The position numbers and the translations under genes were made by a program. A DNA stretch of 55,076 nucleotides from Desulfurococcales archaeon (GTDB lineage: Archaea; Thermoproteota; Thermoprotei_A; Sulfolobales; NBVN01): NCBI GenBank assembly GCA_026986435.1, contig JALSOP010000037.1, positions 1 through 55,076 on the forward strand. Reading direction: 5' to 3'. Below the pieces are notes generated by a model. The model saw only the letters and a list, made by a program, of their open reading frames with translations. It was not told the DNA's origin and did not search any database. Shown one piece after another: positions 1 through 9,685 of the stretch (its first letter is position 1; every line of letters begins with the position of its first letter).

Positions 1-528
1 GAGAAACTCGGGGAGATAAAGGACATACTGAAGGAGCTTGACAGGGACGGCAGGGAAGGTGTTGTGATGAAAGATCCCCTCTACCGTGTCCCGCCACTGA
101 AGTATACCACGCACGCCGCCAACATAGGTGACCTGAGCGTCGGCATGAGGTTCTTCTTCGATGAGGGCAGATCATACATTTTCTCGAGACTCCTAAGGGA
201 GATATTCATGCTGTACGAGGAAGGCGCGGGCGAGGAAAGGATCAGGGAGATCGCTGAGAAACTCGGGATGAGCCTCCTGGCCCCGGCCCTCAACACCGTG
301 AGGGAGGTCGAGGCTAAGGGCGCGGTCTTCGCTGAGTACAGGTTAAGGGTCTATGATGAGGGGGTGATTGAGGAGATCCTGGACTTCATGCAGTCGCTTG
401 GGATGGGGCCCGAGATAATAAACGTTAAGCGAGAAGGAGACTCGATAATCTTCACCCTAAAGAAAATGAAGCGAACGTCCGACGAGGTAAGGCACATACT
501 CAAGACAGGGTACGCACCTATCGACTAA
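1..528 (+). CDS. ATP-dependent RNA ligase, Pab1020/Rnl3 family (5'-truncated by window edge)
   Basis: Frame open from base 1 (EKLGEIKDILKELDRDGREGVVMKD); nucleotidyltransferase motif IV REGVVMK and motif V-like LKYTT; C-terminal pattern typical of the archaeal homodimeric RNA ligase. Confidence 0.85.
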   Translation, partial: EKLGEIKDILKELDRDGREGVVMKDPLYRVPPLKYTTHAANIGDLSVGMRFFFDEGRSYIFSRLLREIFMLYEEGAGEERIREIAEKLGMSLLAPALNTVREVEAKGAVFAEYRLRVYDEGVIEEILDFMQSLGMGPEIINVKREGDSIIFTLKKMKRTSDEVRHILKTGYAPID

Positions 529-542
529 GAGGTGCTTCAGCG

Positions 543-986
543 TTGGGAGCGGGTAAGGTATGTGTTAGGTCGCGGCCGATAAACGCAGCCCACTACACAC
601 CGGTCGATGGTGTCCCAAGACTTCATGGACACACGTTCCGTGTAAGTCTGTGTGTGTTAGGCACTATAGGGAAGGACGGTATGGTGATGGATTTCGGCAT
701 TATAGACCGCTTTCTTGATAAGGTCTCGGAGGAGCTTAATTTCTCCTTACTTGCTCCCCGCAGTGATAGAGAAGTAATAGAGTCGTTAGTTAGGGCTGCC
801 CCCTTCGAGATTAAGGCAGTATACCTGCCTGGGCCAGCGACGGCTGAAGTCTTGGGGTTGTGGATCTGTGAGAGATTAGAACAGGTCTTGCCCGATCTCC
901 TAGGAAGGGTGAAGGCGTACGCCATCGTGGATGAGGGGGTTGGGCACAGGGCCGTTATCGGGTGTCTACCTAAAAACGCCCAGTAG
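543..986 (+). CDS. COG0720 PTPS/QueD-family T-fold protein (non-canonical, no catalytic Cys)
   Basis: AAHYT...LHGHTF Zn ligands, GMVMDFG, PATAEVLG motifs. Confidence 0.8.
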   Translation: MGAGKVCVRSRPINAAHYTPVDGVPRLHGHTFRVSLCVLGTIGKDGMVMDFGIIDRFLDKVSEELNFSLLAPRSDREVIESLVRAAPFEIKAVYLPGPATAEVLGLWICERLEQVLPDLLGRVKAYAIVDEGVGHRAVIGCLPKNAQ

Positions 987-2060
987 GTCGCTTATCCCGA
1001 CACAGAACGCCTCGAGCACACCGGAGTAACTAATCGCTTCAAGGCTCATGAGGAGGCTCGCATCGCGCATTCCGAGCCCCCTACTCATAAGGTATGTCTC
1101 TTCCTCTTCCGTGAGCCTCCTGACAGCGGCGCTGTGCCTGGCCTCCCTTACAAGCCCGGTGAAGACCTCAAGCATTGGTACGGAATACCCTCGACCCTTC
1201 TCACCCATTACCCTGACCTCGCTATCAACCACGGCTGAGGAGTCCTCAGCCTCTCTTTCAACCCTGGCCACGCCCCTGTGGACGAGGTAGCCGTTATCGT
1301 CGACAACACCCCTTGCTGAGAGATGAGCGGATGCTCTTGTCCCTCTCAGCACTGCATCAGTAATTATGTCTGCTTTTCTGTTGCTAGCAGCGTAGGCGCC
1401 GATCCTTATCTCAACGGAAGCGTTCTTCGAGAGTATGTATGATTCATGATACCTGCTCATCCGCCCTGCCAAAAGGGATGTGTTGCTCTCCACGCGGGCA
1501 TCCCTTCCCAGTGCGGCAGTGACGACATGGTATGTTGGTTGTGTGTCCAAAGATAGCGTCCTCAGCGTGGCCCTCGAGCCCGGCTCGAGGAGCAACTCCA
1601 ACCAGAAGGACTTCAGACCTCGAGTAAGGGAGTACGTTATGATGTTAATTGATGCGTCAGCTTTTTCCTTCAACCTGATGACGAGGTGGTGGGTGTTTAG
1701 GCCGTTGCCGCCGGGGACATGGATGTTGAGTGGATCGCTCATTTCTCCACTTATTTCTATGACGGCAACGTACTCTACGTTCTTGGAGTGTATTTCTTCC
1801 ATTTTGTTCCTGATATTGGCGTAGAGAGGCGCCTTATAGAGAACCTTAATGCTGGCGTTCCTTGGTATGTTACTGCTGATCCTGGACTGATTTATTGAGA
1901 GCGTTAAGGAGGGTTCTGTGCACGTCCTCACGGGGATTCTGTCTTCGACAGCGGCCCTGCCCCGCCGTAGTTCCTTCTCGAAGATTTCCCAGTCAGTGTA
2001 TGTCTTAACTGTAGGTGAGTCCGCTATTAGTTGCCAAGGGAGTCTTGCCGAGATCTCCAT
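966..2060 (-). CDS. sufD: Fe-S cluster assembly protein SufD-like
   Basis: SufBD beta-helix C-terminus (SVPMLEV...ARHSAAV, YLMSRGL); follows sufC-sufB. Confidence 0.85.
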   Translation of the reverse strand: MEISARLPWQLIADSPTVKTYTDWEIFEKELRRGRAAVEDRIPVRTCTEPSLTLSINQSRISSNIPRNASIKVLYKAPLYANIRNKMEEIHSKNVEYVAVIEISGEMSDPLNIHVPGGNGLNTHHLVIRLKEKADASINIITYSLTRGLKSFWLELLLEPGSRATLRTLSLDTQPTYHVVTAALGRDARVESNTSLLAGRMSRYHESYILSKNASVEIRIGAYAASNRKADIITDAVLRGTRASAHLSARGVVDDNGYLVHRGVARVEREAEDSSAVVDSEVRVMGEKGRGYSVPMLEVFTGLVREARHSAAVRRLTEEEETYLMSRGLGMRDASLLMSLEAISYSGVLEAFCVGISDLLGVFR

Positions 2061-3475
2061 TACCCGACACCCCCTATCCTCGAGAATTCGAGTTCGACAA
2101 CCTTCCGGAGCACGTTAGAGTATTCGAATGGGAGTTCCCGGAGTACGTCGTCCATGAACCCGAGGACGGCGAGACTCGTTGCCTCGCGCTCGGTGAGCCC
2201 CCTGCTCATTAGGTACGTGAGCACCTCCTCACTCAGCCTCCCGGTGGATGCTTCATGGGTTACCTGTGCTGTTGGTTCGTCGACCTGGTTGTGTGGGTAT
2301 GTATGAGCCGCTGACCTATCGTCGAGTATGAGGCTCTCGCAGGATACGTGCGCTATGCTGTTCTTTGCTCCGGGTAGCACTTTGATGAGTCCTCTGTATA
2401 CGTTGACCCCTCCGTCGGCGCTGACGCTCTTATTTATGATGGTGCTCTTCGTCTCTGGGGCTGCGTGTATCATCTTGCTACCGCTGTCCTTTATGTATGG
2501 GCCCTTCGCTATTGTGACGACAGTGCTCCTGCTTGATGCACCTCTCCCTCTCAGCACTGTTGAGGGGTAGACGTAGGAGACCTTGCTCCCTATGCTTCCC
2601 TCGACCCAGTCTATGCTCGCCCTCTCCTCCGCTATTCCCCGCTTGTTGTTGAAGTTTATGACATTCCTGCTCCAGTTCTGTATCGTGACGAACCTTATCC
2701 TCGCGCCCTTGGCTGCGTAGAGCTCGACGGCGCCGTCGTGGAATGAGTACCTCCTGTACATTGGGGCGCTGCAGCCCTCGATGAAGGTTAGCTCAGCGCC
2801 TTCGTCAGCGATAATCAGGGTGTGCTCAAACTGACCAACTAGTTCGTTGCCTATGAGGAAGAACGCCTCCAGTGGCTGGGGTATGCGCACGCCCTTCGGC
2901 ACGTACACGAAGGCCCCGCCGCTCCATAGGGCGTAGTGGAGTGCTGCGAACTTATGGTCAGCTATGGGGAATACTCGCCCGAAGTACTCCTTAACCATAT
3001 CTGGGTACCTCTTCACAGCCTCCTCCATGGGGACCATGATCACGCCTTTAGAGGAGAGCCACTCCCTCACCTTGCTGTATACGGTCTCGCTCTCGAACTG
3101 CACGTTTATGCCAGCGAGGAGCTTCGCCTCTATCTCAGGGATGCCCAGGAGCTCGTAGTAGCGCCTTATGTCCTTCGGCAGCTCGTCCCATGAGGAGGCG
3201 AGGGAGGCCTCAGGCTTGACGTAGTAGCTTATCTCGTCGAGGTCGAGCTCCTCGATACCGACCAACCACTTGGGTGTGGGGAGCTTCTCAAACATCTCGA
3301 GGGCCCTCAGCCTCAGCCTCCTCATCCAGTCAGGCTCGCCCTTCAGCCTCGAGATCTCCTCGATGAGGTCCCTAGTGACCCTCCCCTTGAGCACGACCTC
3401 TGCACGGATGGGTCTCGAGTAGCCTAGGATCTCTTCAGGCGATCTCGCAGGCAGTATCTCGTCGGCCCTGCTCAA
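2060..3475 (-). CDS. sufB: Fe-S cluster assembly protein SufB
   Basis: EISRLKGEPDWM, WSGGAFVYVPKG, GQFEHTLII, FIEGCSAP, THEASTG, YLMSRGL. Confidence 0.95.
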   Translation of the reverse strand: MSRADEILPARSPEEILGYSRPIRAEVVLKGRVTRDLIEEISRLKGEPDWMRRLRLRALEMFEKLPTPKWLVGIEELDLDEISYYVKPEASLASSWDELPKDIRRYYELLGIPEIEAKLLAGINVQFESETVYSKVREWLSSKGVIMVPMEEAVKRYPDMVKEYFGRVFPIADHKFAALHYALWSGGAFVYVPKGVRIPQPLEAFFLIGNELVGQFEHTLIIADEGAELTFIEGCSAPMYRRYSFHDGAVELYAAKGARIRFVTIQNWSRNVINFNNKRGIAEERASIDWVEGSIGSKVSYVYPSTVLRGRGASSRSTVVTIAKGPYIKDSGSKMIHAAPETKSTIINKSVSADGGVNVYRGLIKVLPGAKNSIAHVSCESLILDDRSAAHTYPHNQVDEPTAQVTHEASTGRLSEEVLTYLMSRGLTEREATSLAVLGFMDDVLRELPFEYSNVLRKVVELEFSRIGGVG

Positions 3476-4224
3476 CGCCCACCACCGTTTAGGAATGAGT
3501 AGCCTTCTGCCTCAACCCTTTCAGCTAACTCGGGCCCGCCTCTGGCGGCTACCTCCCCGTTGTAGAGTATCGTCACCTCATCGGGCTTAACGAACCTCAT
3601 CAGCCTAGCATAGTGAGTGATCAGCAGGATTGCTTTACCCCGATTCTTGAGCTCCTTAATGACCTCTGCTACCATCCTCACGCCGTCCACGTCGAGCCCG
3701 CTATCGGGCTCGTCAAGGATCACCACTTTAGGGTCGAGGAGGAGGACATGAAACAGTTCGTGCCTCTTTTTCTCACCGCCGCTGAACCCCACATTGACTT
3801 CTCTATAGGCGTAGTCTGAGGGCAGACCCACGCGCTCGAGGATCGAGTAGATTCTCTCGGGTATGCTCGGGTCAGCGGGCTTTGTTAGGTCAGGAGCGCC
3901 GAGCCTCTTATTTAGGGCTGCCGTAGCCAGGACAGCGACCCTCAGGCCCTTCACTGCGGGGGGTTCCTGGAACGCCAGCAGGATACCGGCCCTGCTTCTC
4001 TCGTCAATGCTCATTTCGAGGACGCTCTTTCCGTTAAGGAGTATGTCACCCTCAATGACCTCGTATCCTGGGCGACCAATGATCGTGTAGGCAAGGCTTG
4101 ACTTACCACTACCATTAGGCCCCATCACGGCGTGGACTTCACCGGCGTTAACTGAGAGGCTAACGCCCCGTAGCACCACCCTCTCCTCTACCTTTACCGT
4201 AAGATTTCTGACCTCCAGCATCAT
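3472..4224 (-). CDS. sufC: Fe-S cluster assembly ATPase SufC
   Basis: Walker A GPNGSGKS, VNVGFSGGEKKR, LDEPDSGLDVD, ITHY. Confidence 0.95.
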   Translation of the reverse strand: MMLEVRNLTVKVEERVVLRGVSLSVNAGEVHAVMGPNGSGKSSLAYTIIGRPGYEVIEGDILLNGKSVLEMSIDERSRAGILLAFQEPPAVKGLRVAVLATAALNKRLGAPDLTKPADPSIPERIYSILERVGLPSDYAYREVNVGFSGGEKKRHELFHVLLLDPKVVILDEPDSGLDVDGVRMVAEVIKELKNRGKAILLITHYARLMRFVKPDEVTILYNGEVAARGGPELAERVEAEGYSFLNGGGR

Positions 4225-4343
4225 TAACTCCGTTAAAGCGTTAGGTAAAGAGCTAAAATAACTTAGCGAAGCACCTGTTGAGAGAACCGTTAGTAATAAA
4301 ATAGTCAGTACGTCGTGGTAATAACCATGATAATACTATTTAA

Positions 4344-4811
4344 TTATTGTGGGTAGGGAGGAGGTGGAGGAGGTGGCACATTAGGTGAACCAACATGTCG
4401 TACTTGCATAATATAGTTTCTAATTCTTGCAGCTATTTCTATGAGTTTATCACCATTTCTGAAGTTATAGGAGCGTGGCCCGTAAATTATGACCATATTA
4501 AATCTATTATAGTATCCCCATATTGCTACTCCTATACCTGATAATACAAGCACAAGACCCAGATATGATAAGAAAATAATGTTAGGGACGAACAATATTG
4601 CACCAAGTACTGATAGCACTATACCGCCAATTACTTCATCTAGTTTCTCTTCAACCTCTATAGAAACAATATGTGATAAAGCAATATCTCTCACAGAACC
4701 CCCTTTACCAATGATTACTCTTCGATCTGTTAATATTATGTTTAAATCCTTTACGCGCCACGAAGCTTGGACCTGCTCTCCTGGGGCAATAAAACTTTCA
4801 GGTTGTATCAT
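4344..4811 (-). CDS. Hypothetical membrane protein, PH-like domain with two TM helices and poly-Pro tail
   Basis: ILTDRRVII PH-like motif, two hydrophobic segments, C-terminal PPPPPPPYPQ; AT-rich; ATG at 4811 preferred (ORF track start 4850). Confidence 0.6.
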   Translation of the reverse strand: MIQPESFIAPGEQVQASWRVKDLNIILTDRRVIIGKGGSVRDIALSHIVSIEVEEKLDEVIGGIVLSVLGAILFVPNIIFLSYLGLVLVLSGIGVAIWGYYNRFNMVIIYGPRSYNFRNGDKLIEIAARIRNYIMQVRHVGSPNVPPPPPPPYPQ

Positions 4812-4967
4812 AATCAGGTATCCCCCCGTATTTTTAGAGCGAGTAAGCATAAATATTTCAGAACTCTTTTATTTTGACCATAAAATGGTCAGCGTTCTAT
4901 TGCGCTATCATATGAATATTAGTTTTTCTTTATTGTAAGTTAATTTGATAAAATTAAAATTTTATTA

Positions 4968-5474
4968 TTAACTCCAATCGATGTCAATTGTTAGGCGGTC
5001 AATTGGTCCGCCTTCGTAATATATTTCCTCGTCCACTTTCTTCCAGTCATAAGGTTGAATATTCCCAATAATTATATCTTTAGTTGTTCTAACATTGCCT
5101 TGGTAGTATGTTACGTGAAGGACAACGTTATAAGCGGTTTCTGCTCCTACGTTAACTAAGTACCCCGTTATTACTATTTTCGGCGAACCGAAGATAGGGC
5201 GTTCATCTGACCAGCGTAAATCAACGCCGATCACTCTCGACCTGGGTTGGGCTGTCACAGTTATTGTTCTTGTTTCTGTCTGAGTGAACACAACTGTCTT
5301 TGTAGATGTTCTTGTATAGGTGAGTGTAACGGTGTAAGATTGAGCACCTGCTGTTTCCGTTATTGTTGTTGTTCTGATTAACGTTTCAGTTTCCGTTATT
5401 GTTTGGGTTCCAGTTCCCTTAATTATTGGTAAGTAACCATAGGCCGCCGCATAGAGTAAGGCCATTCCTATCAA
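4968..5474 (-). CDS. Membrane-anchored Thr-rich surface protein with Ig-like (FxLYD-like) C-terminal domain; 5' end probably frameshifted
   Basis: N-terminal hydrophobic stretch, TxTxT linker, ITGYLVNVG...AYNVVLHVTYY Ig-like domain; better SD+TTG start at 5532 is one base out of frame. Confidence 0.6.
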   Translation of the reverse strand: MIGMALLYAAAYGYLPIIKGTGTQTITETETLIRTTTITETAGAQSYTVTLTYTRTSTKTVVFTQTETRTITVTAQPRSRVIGVDLRWSDERPIFGSPKIVITGYLVNVGAETAYNVVLHVTYYQGNVRTTKDIIIGNIQPYDWKKVDEEIYYEGGPIDRLTIDIDWS

Positions 5475-5681
5475 AAGTCCTATGGCAATACCTAGGAACA
5501 GCCAACTACCTTATATGATTGTTAGAAGTCAAGCTAATTCACCGGTATTAATAATGTAGTATCTTCTATTTTTTATTTTTCTTCGAATTATGTTATATTA
5601 TAGAATTCTTTTAAATATAGTAATTATTTAAAGTATAATTGGCTGAGAAGACCTATGGTGATATATGGTATTTTGGGAATG

Positions 5682-5758
5682 TGGAGCCGCCGCCGGGCTT
5701 TGAACCCGGGACCTCCGCCTTACCAGGGCGGCGCTCTACCAGGCTGAGCTACGGCGGC
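5682..5758 (-). tRNA. tRNA-Thr(GGT)
   Basis: Reverse complement GCCGCCGTAGCTCAGCCTGGTAGAGCGCCGCCCTGGTAAGGCGGAGGTCCCGGGTTCAAAGCCCGGCGGCGGCTCCA folds into a cloverleaf; encoded CCA. Confidence 0.97.
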
Positions 5759-5786
5759 ACCATTAGAAACGTGTGGAGAGGGTTAT

Positions 5787-6185
5787 TTAACCGTTGATTG
5801 GCTCGCCAACTGTGTAGGATGAGCGGTCCGCGTAACCGACCCTGTACCTGGTCGGGTTGAGTTCCTCCATGATGACCTCGAGTGCCTTCCAGGGGTCGCT
5901 GGCGTCCCCGCAGGTGTAGATGTCTACGGTGGCGTAGTCGTACTCTGACCACGTGTGTATTGCAAGGTGCGACTCATTCACGAGGACTATCACCGAGACC
6001 CCTCCCTTTATGCCCCCGAAGCTCCAGGCATGCACATCAATGATCGTCATGTTAGCCTCCTTAGCGGCCCTCACGGCAAGGTTTCTGATGTATTCTAGGT
6101 TAGTCAGCTTCTCCCTACCTATGCCATACAGATTGGCGAACACGTGCCTACCGATGACGTATGGGTCGACGGCTTCCTTGGTCAT
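5787..6185 (-). CDS. Pyruvoyl-dependent arginine decarboxylase proenzyme (crenarchaeal AdoMetDC-like paralog)
   Basis: ESH cleavage motif, HTW, YTCG; AWSFGG.KGGVS and YADRSS ends match the crenarchaeal ArgDC branch rather than SpeD. Confidence 0.8.
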   Translation of the reverse strand: MTKEAVDPYVIGRHVFANLYGIGREKLTNLEYIRNLAVRAAKEANMTIIDVHAWSFGGIKGGVSVIVLVNESHLAIHTWSEYDYATVDIYTCGDASDPWKALEVIMEELNPTRYRVGYADRSSYTVGEPING

Positions 6186-6237
6186 CTCGCATCAATTCAA
6201 CCCTAATGATGGGGGTTTATAACTTTGCGTAACCATC

Positions 6238-7521
6238 TTACGCTTCATCCATTTTTTTCTCGAGCCTACCTCTTAAGTCAAAGAAGGTTGCTCCCACAAT
6301 CCTTGCCACACCGTAACCCCTGAAGTCCTTGAGCTCCTTGATAACCACTGGCCTATAGTTGAATGTCCTCCCTAGGGCATCACCCCTGAAGGAGCTCGTC
6401 GCGACCAGCACCTTGGCCAGTGAGCCAACATACTCGAAATTCTGCCTCCTCCCTATCTCCTCCACTAATAGCGCGAGTGCCGTACTCCTAGCCTTCTTCA
6501 CGCCCTCGGGCACCTGCCTCATAGCGGCTGCCTCTGTCCTGGGCCTCGGTGTGTACTGCGCTATGTGCACCTTGTCAAACATCAGTTCTCTAACAATCTC
6601 GATCGTCATCTCGAAGTCCTCGTTGTCCTCACCCGGGTGTCCAACAATAATGTCAGTCGCTATGGTGACTCCCTCCACCTTATTGCGCAATTCTTTAACG
6701 ATCTCCCTGTACTCGTCAACGCTGTACCTTCTCTTCATGATCCTCAGTACCTTATCGCTGCCGGACTGGAGCGGTAGGTGAACGTACTTGAAGACCCTCC
6801 TGTTCCGGAGAACCTCGATCAGGTCATCGAGGACGTCGGAGATCGTGTCCGGGTTCATCATACCGATACGGATCATGTAGTTCCCGTCGACCTCGGCGAG
6901 CACTCTGCGAACGAGGTCCGGGAGCCTCACACCGCCTAAGTCGACACCGTAGGAACCTGTATCCTGCGCCGTCAGATCGATCTCCAGCGCCCCCCTTCCA
7001 ACAGCTTTGCGCACGGCCCTCACGATCAGGCCGGGCCTGTAGGACCTGAGCCTCCTTCTAGCTATCTTCACAATGCAGAACGCACAGTCACCTAAGCAGC
7101 CCTCAGCTAACGGTATGGTTGCTACCCTATCCTCTAAGTAAGGCTCCAGGTACGAGACATCCCTCTCGCCGCCGACGAGGTGCTTCGGGGCACTTGACTC
7201 AACCAGGGAAACAACTTCGGTTACGTGCTGGGGCGAGAGAAGCACAGCGTTCGGGACGTGCTTTAGGATCGTGTAGGGCTGGGCAGCCGCCATACAGCCT
7301 GCCACTATAAGCCTCTTACCGTTCAGGTTCCTCAGTGCACTAAGCCGTTTGAGGATCCTTTCCTCGCTATCCTTCCTAACAGTGCAGGTGTTTATGATCA
7401 CGACATCGGCGTCGTCAATGGTTCGAACTATCTCGTGCCCGCTGGCGGATAGTAGGGACTTCATGAGCGCGGTATCGGCCCGGTTCAGAGCGCAGCCGTA
7501 GGTCTCGATGTACACCCTCAT
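6238..7521 (-). CDS. mtaB: tRNA methylthiotransferase, archaeal MtaB (radical SAM, UPF0004 + TRAM)
   Basis: ETYGCALN, INTCTV, AGC, radical SAM CLGDCAFC, RIGMMNP, HLPLQSGSD. Confidence 0.9.
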   Translation of the reverse strand: MRVYIETYGCALNRADTALMKSLLSASGHEIVRTIDDADVVIINTCTVRKDSEERILKRLSALRNLNGKRLIVAGCMAAAQPYTILKHVPNAVLLSPQHVTEVVSLVESSAPKHLVGGERDVSYLEPYLEDRVATIPLAEGCLGDCAFCIVKIARRRLRSYRPGLIVRAVRKAVGRGALEIDLTAQDTGSYGVDLGGVRLPDLVRRVLAEVDGNYMIRIGMMNPDTISDVLDDLIEVLRNRRVFKYVHLPLQSGSDKVLRIMKRRYSVDEYREIVKELRNKVEGVTIATDIIVGHPGEDNEDFEMTIEIVRELMFDKVHIAQYTPRPRTEAAAMRQVPEGVKKARSTALALLVEEIGRRQNFEYVGSLAKVLVATSSFRGDALGRTFNYRPVVIKELKDFRGYGVARIVGATFFDLRGRLEKKMDEA

Positions 7522-7600
7522 ACGGTTCCTGCCTAAGGGGTAGGGTCATCGGACCTTAATTATGCGAGCCCCCTAACCACATTATTTAAGCTATGAACCG

Positions 7601-8047
7601 TTGGGTACTGGGGTTGCTGAAGTGAGCAGTGACAAGATACTCTGGGATTATGAGGCCCTGCTGGAGAGGCTATACAGTAACCTCCCTGAGAGGGCCAAGG
7701 TACAGCCTATAGAGATACCGGAGTTCCAGATAATACGCACCGGGCCCTACACGAGGATAACGAACTTCAAGCAGGTATGTGACAGGATAAGGAGGGAGCC
7801 CAGGATCTGCATGAGGTACCTCCTTAAGGAGATCGGTGCTAGGGGAGCCATCGATGACTCAGGCGCCCTCACTATCTTCCTTAAGGTCTCGAGGAACACA
7901 CTGAGGCAGCTCTTCAAGAGGTTCCTAGAGACGTACGTGAGGTGCAGCACCTGCGGCTCGTACCACACGGAGCTCAGGAGGCAGGGTAAGGTGTGGGTGA
8001 TAAGGTGCCTGGCGTGCGGAGCGGAGACGCCGGTGAGGCCGATCTGA
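7601..8047 (+). CDS. eif2b: Translation initiation factor aIF2 beta subunit
   Basis: DYEALLERLY, ITNFKQVCDRIRREP, C-terminal Zn ribbon CSTC...CLACGA. Confidence 0.93.
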   Translation: MGTGVAEVSSDKILWDYEALLERLYSNLPERAKVQPIEIPEFQIIRTGPYTRITNFKQVCDRIRREPRICMRYLLKEIGARGAIDDSGALTIFLKVSRNTLRQLFKRFLETYVRCSTCGSYHTELRRQGKVWVIRCLACGAETPVRPI

Positions 8048-8376
8048 GGCCCGAGGACGTCACGCTCTTTCTGGGACGGCATGAGACGCTGAGTGATTAC
8101 GGGAGGGAAGTCGTCATCGGTGTGTGTGACGAGGAACTCCTAGGTAAGGTCTTCTCTGAGGGTGGCACGAGGCTTGAGCTGAACAAGGAGTTCTTCGGCG
8201 CCATGAAGATAGGCGGTGACGAACTCCTCAACTACCTCCTGGAGGCCTCATCGGCGATAATAGTTGGGGAGAAGGCAGTTAAGTTAGCCGTTAAGCTGGG
8301 GTTCATTAACCCCGATGCGGTGGCGAGGGTCGAGGGAGTCCCCTACGCTATGTACGTCAGGTCGCCGCTGATTTAG
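7993..8376 (+). CDS. DUF424 family protein
   Basis: VCDEELLGKVF, FFG, IVGEKAV, GVPYA; conserved neighbour of aIF2beta; start uncertain. Confidence 0.8.
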   Translation: MGDKVPGVRSGDAGEADLRPEDVTLFLGRHETLSDYGREVVIGVCDEELLGKVFSEGGTRLELNKEFFGAMKIGGDELLNYLLEASSAIIVGEKAVKLAVKLGFINPDAVARVEGVPYAMYVRSPLI

Positions 8377-8390
8377 CGGGTGCTGGCGCC

Positions 8391-9329
8391 ATGGTGAGGT
8401 TCTGCGTCAGATGCGGTGCAGAAGAGAAAGAGGGTTTCCCGATAATCGATGGTCTCTGCCCCAGATGCTTTGTTAAGGAGAGGAAGATAGTCGAGCTCCC
8501 GCCCAAGATCGAGGTCACGTTATGTCCCTCCTGCGGGAGCACCCTCCTGAGAGGGAAATGGGTATTCATCAGCGACAGCGTTGAGGAGATAGTTGAGACG
8601 ATTATCAACGAGGTCTTCATAAGGAGGGCGAACACGTACCCTGGTTTTGAGGACGTGTTTGCTGAGGTGAAGGAATTAACGGATACGACGGCGCGCATCC
8701 TTGTTGCCGGTTCTTACAAAGGGGCTCTAGTGTCTCAGGAGGCACTGATAAACGTGCTGGTAAAGAAGAGGCTCTGCCCGAGATGCATGAAGATAAAGAG
8801 CGGGCACTTCGAGGCAGAGATGCAGATTAGGACCATGGCACCGCTCAGGGGTGAGTGGTCGAGGCGATTCGTCTCGGATGTGCAGAGCATGAGGCGGCTG
8901 CAGGAGTCTGTGGTTGACGTTAAGGAGGTGAAGAACGGCGTCGATGTGAAGGTTCTAGACCAGAGGGCCGCGATGAAGCTAGCCAACTACCTGAAGAGGG
9001 TCTTCGGGGCTAAGGTCGTGTCGACGTGGAAGGACGCCGGATACAGGAGCGGTAAGAAGCACTCAAAGCTCACGGTCTCCGTTAGGTTGCCAGGCCTCAT
9101 AGAGGGGGACGTGATAGAGCTGGGCGGTAGGTTGGCTGTTATCGTAGCGTTCTACGGCTCCAAGATGGTGGTTAAGTTCTTGGACACTGGTGAGGAGGCG
9201 ACGGTCAGCCTGCAAAGGGCTTGGGCTGAGGGGCTACGGTACCTTACCGAGAAGGAGTACGTTATTAGGGAGGAGGGTGATAAGCGATACCTCCTTTATA
9301 AGGGTAGAGCGTATATCATGGATAGGTGA
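8391..9329 (+). CDS. NMD3 family ribosome-associated protein
   Basis: FCVRCG, LCPRC, LCPSCG, LCPRC..SGHFEAEMQIR. Confidence 0.9.
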   Translation: MVRFCVRCGAEEKEGFPIIDGLCPRCFVKERKIVELPPKIEVTLCPSCGSTLLRGKWVFISDSVEEIVETIINEVFIRRANTYPGFEDVFAEVKELTDTTARILVAGSYKGALVSQEALINVLVKKRLCPRCMKIKSGHFEAEMQIRTMAPLRGEWSRRFVSDVQSMRRLQESVVDVKEVKNGVDVKVLDQRAAMKLANYLKRVFGAKVVSTWKDAGYRSGKKHSKLTVSVRLPGLIEGDVIELGGRLAVIVAFYGSKMVVKFLDTGEEATVSLQRAWAEGLRYLTEKEYVIREEGDKRYLLYKGRAYIMDR

Positions 9330-9333
9330 TTGC

Positions 9334-9675
9334 GTGGGAAAGAAAGAAAGGAAAGAGAAGGGCAAGCGAAGCTCAGAGGACGAGTTCCTTGTGCCGAACC
9401 CAGAGGAGGGGACTATTCTCTGCATAGTTACGAGGATAGTCGGTGCTGGCTGGGTCGACGTGTTTTGCACCGACGGGAAGCAGAGGAGGGCTAGAATACC
9501 GGGTAAGCTCAGAAGGAGGATGTGGATGAGGGAGAGGGACGTCGTGCTCGTTAGTGTGTGGGAGTTCAGGGATGACCGCGGCGACGTGATCTACAGGTAC
9601 ACCAGGGATGAGAAGGAGAGGCTGATCAAGGAGGGCTACCTAGACCCAGAGTTCCTGGAGATCGAGGAGTTCTGA
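9334..9675 (+). CDS. eif1a: Translation initiation factor aIF1A
   Basis: CTDGKQRRARIPGKLRRRMWMRERDVVLV..W...RGDVIYRY; GTG start at 9334 after GGTGA SD. Confidence 0.95.
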   Translation: MGKKERKEKGKRSSEDEFLVPNPEEGTILCIVTRIVGAGWVDVFCTDGKQRRARIPGKLRRRMWMRERDVVLVSVWEFRDDRGDVIYRYTRDEKERLIKEGYLDPEFLEIEEF

Positions 9676-9685
9676 GCCCTCTTGG

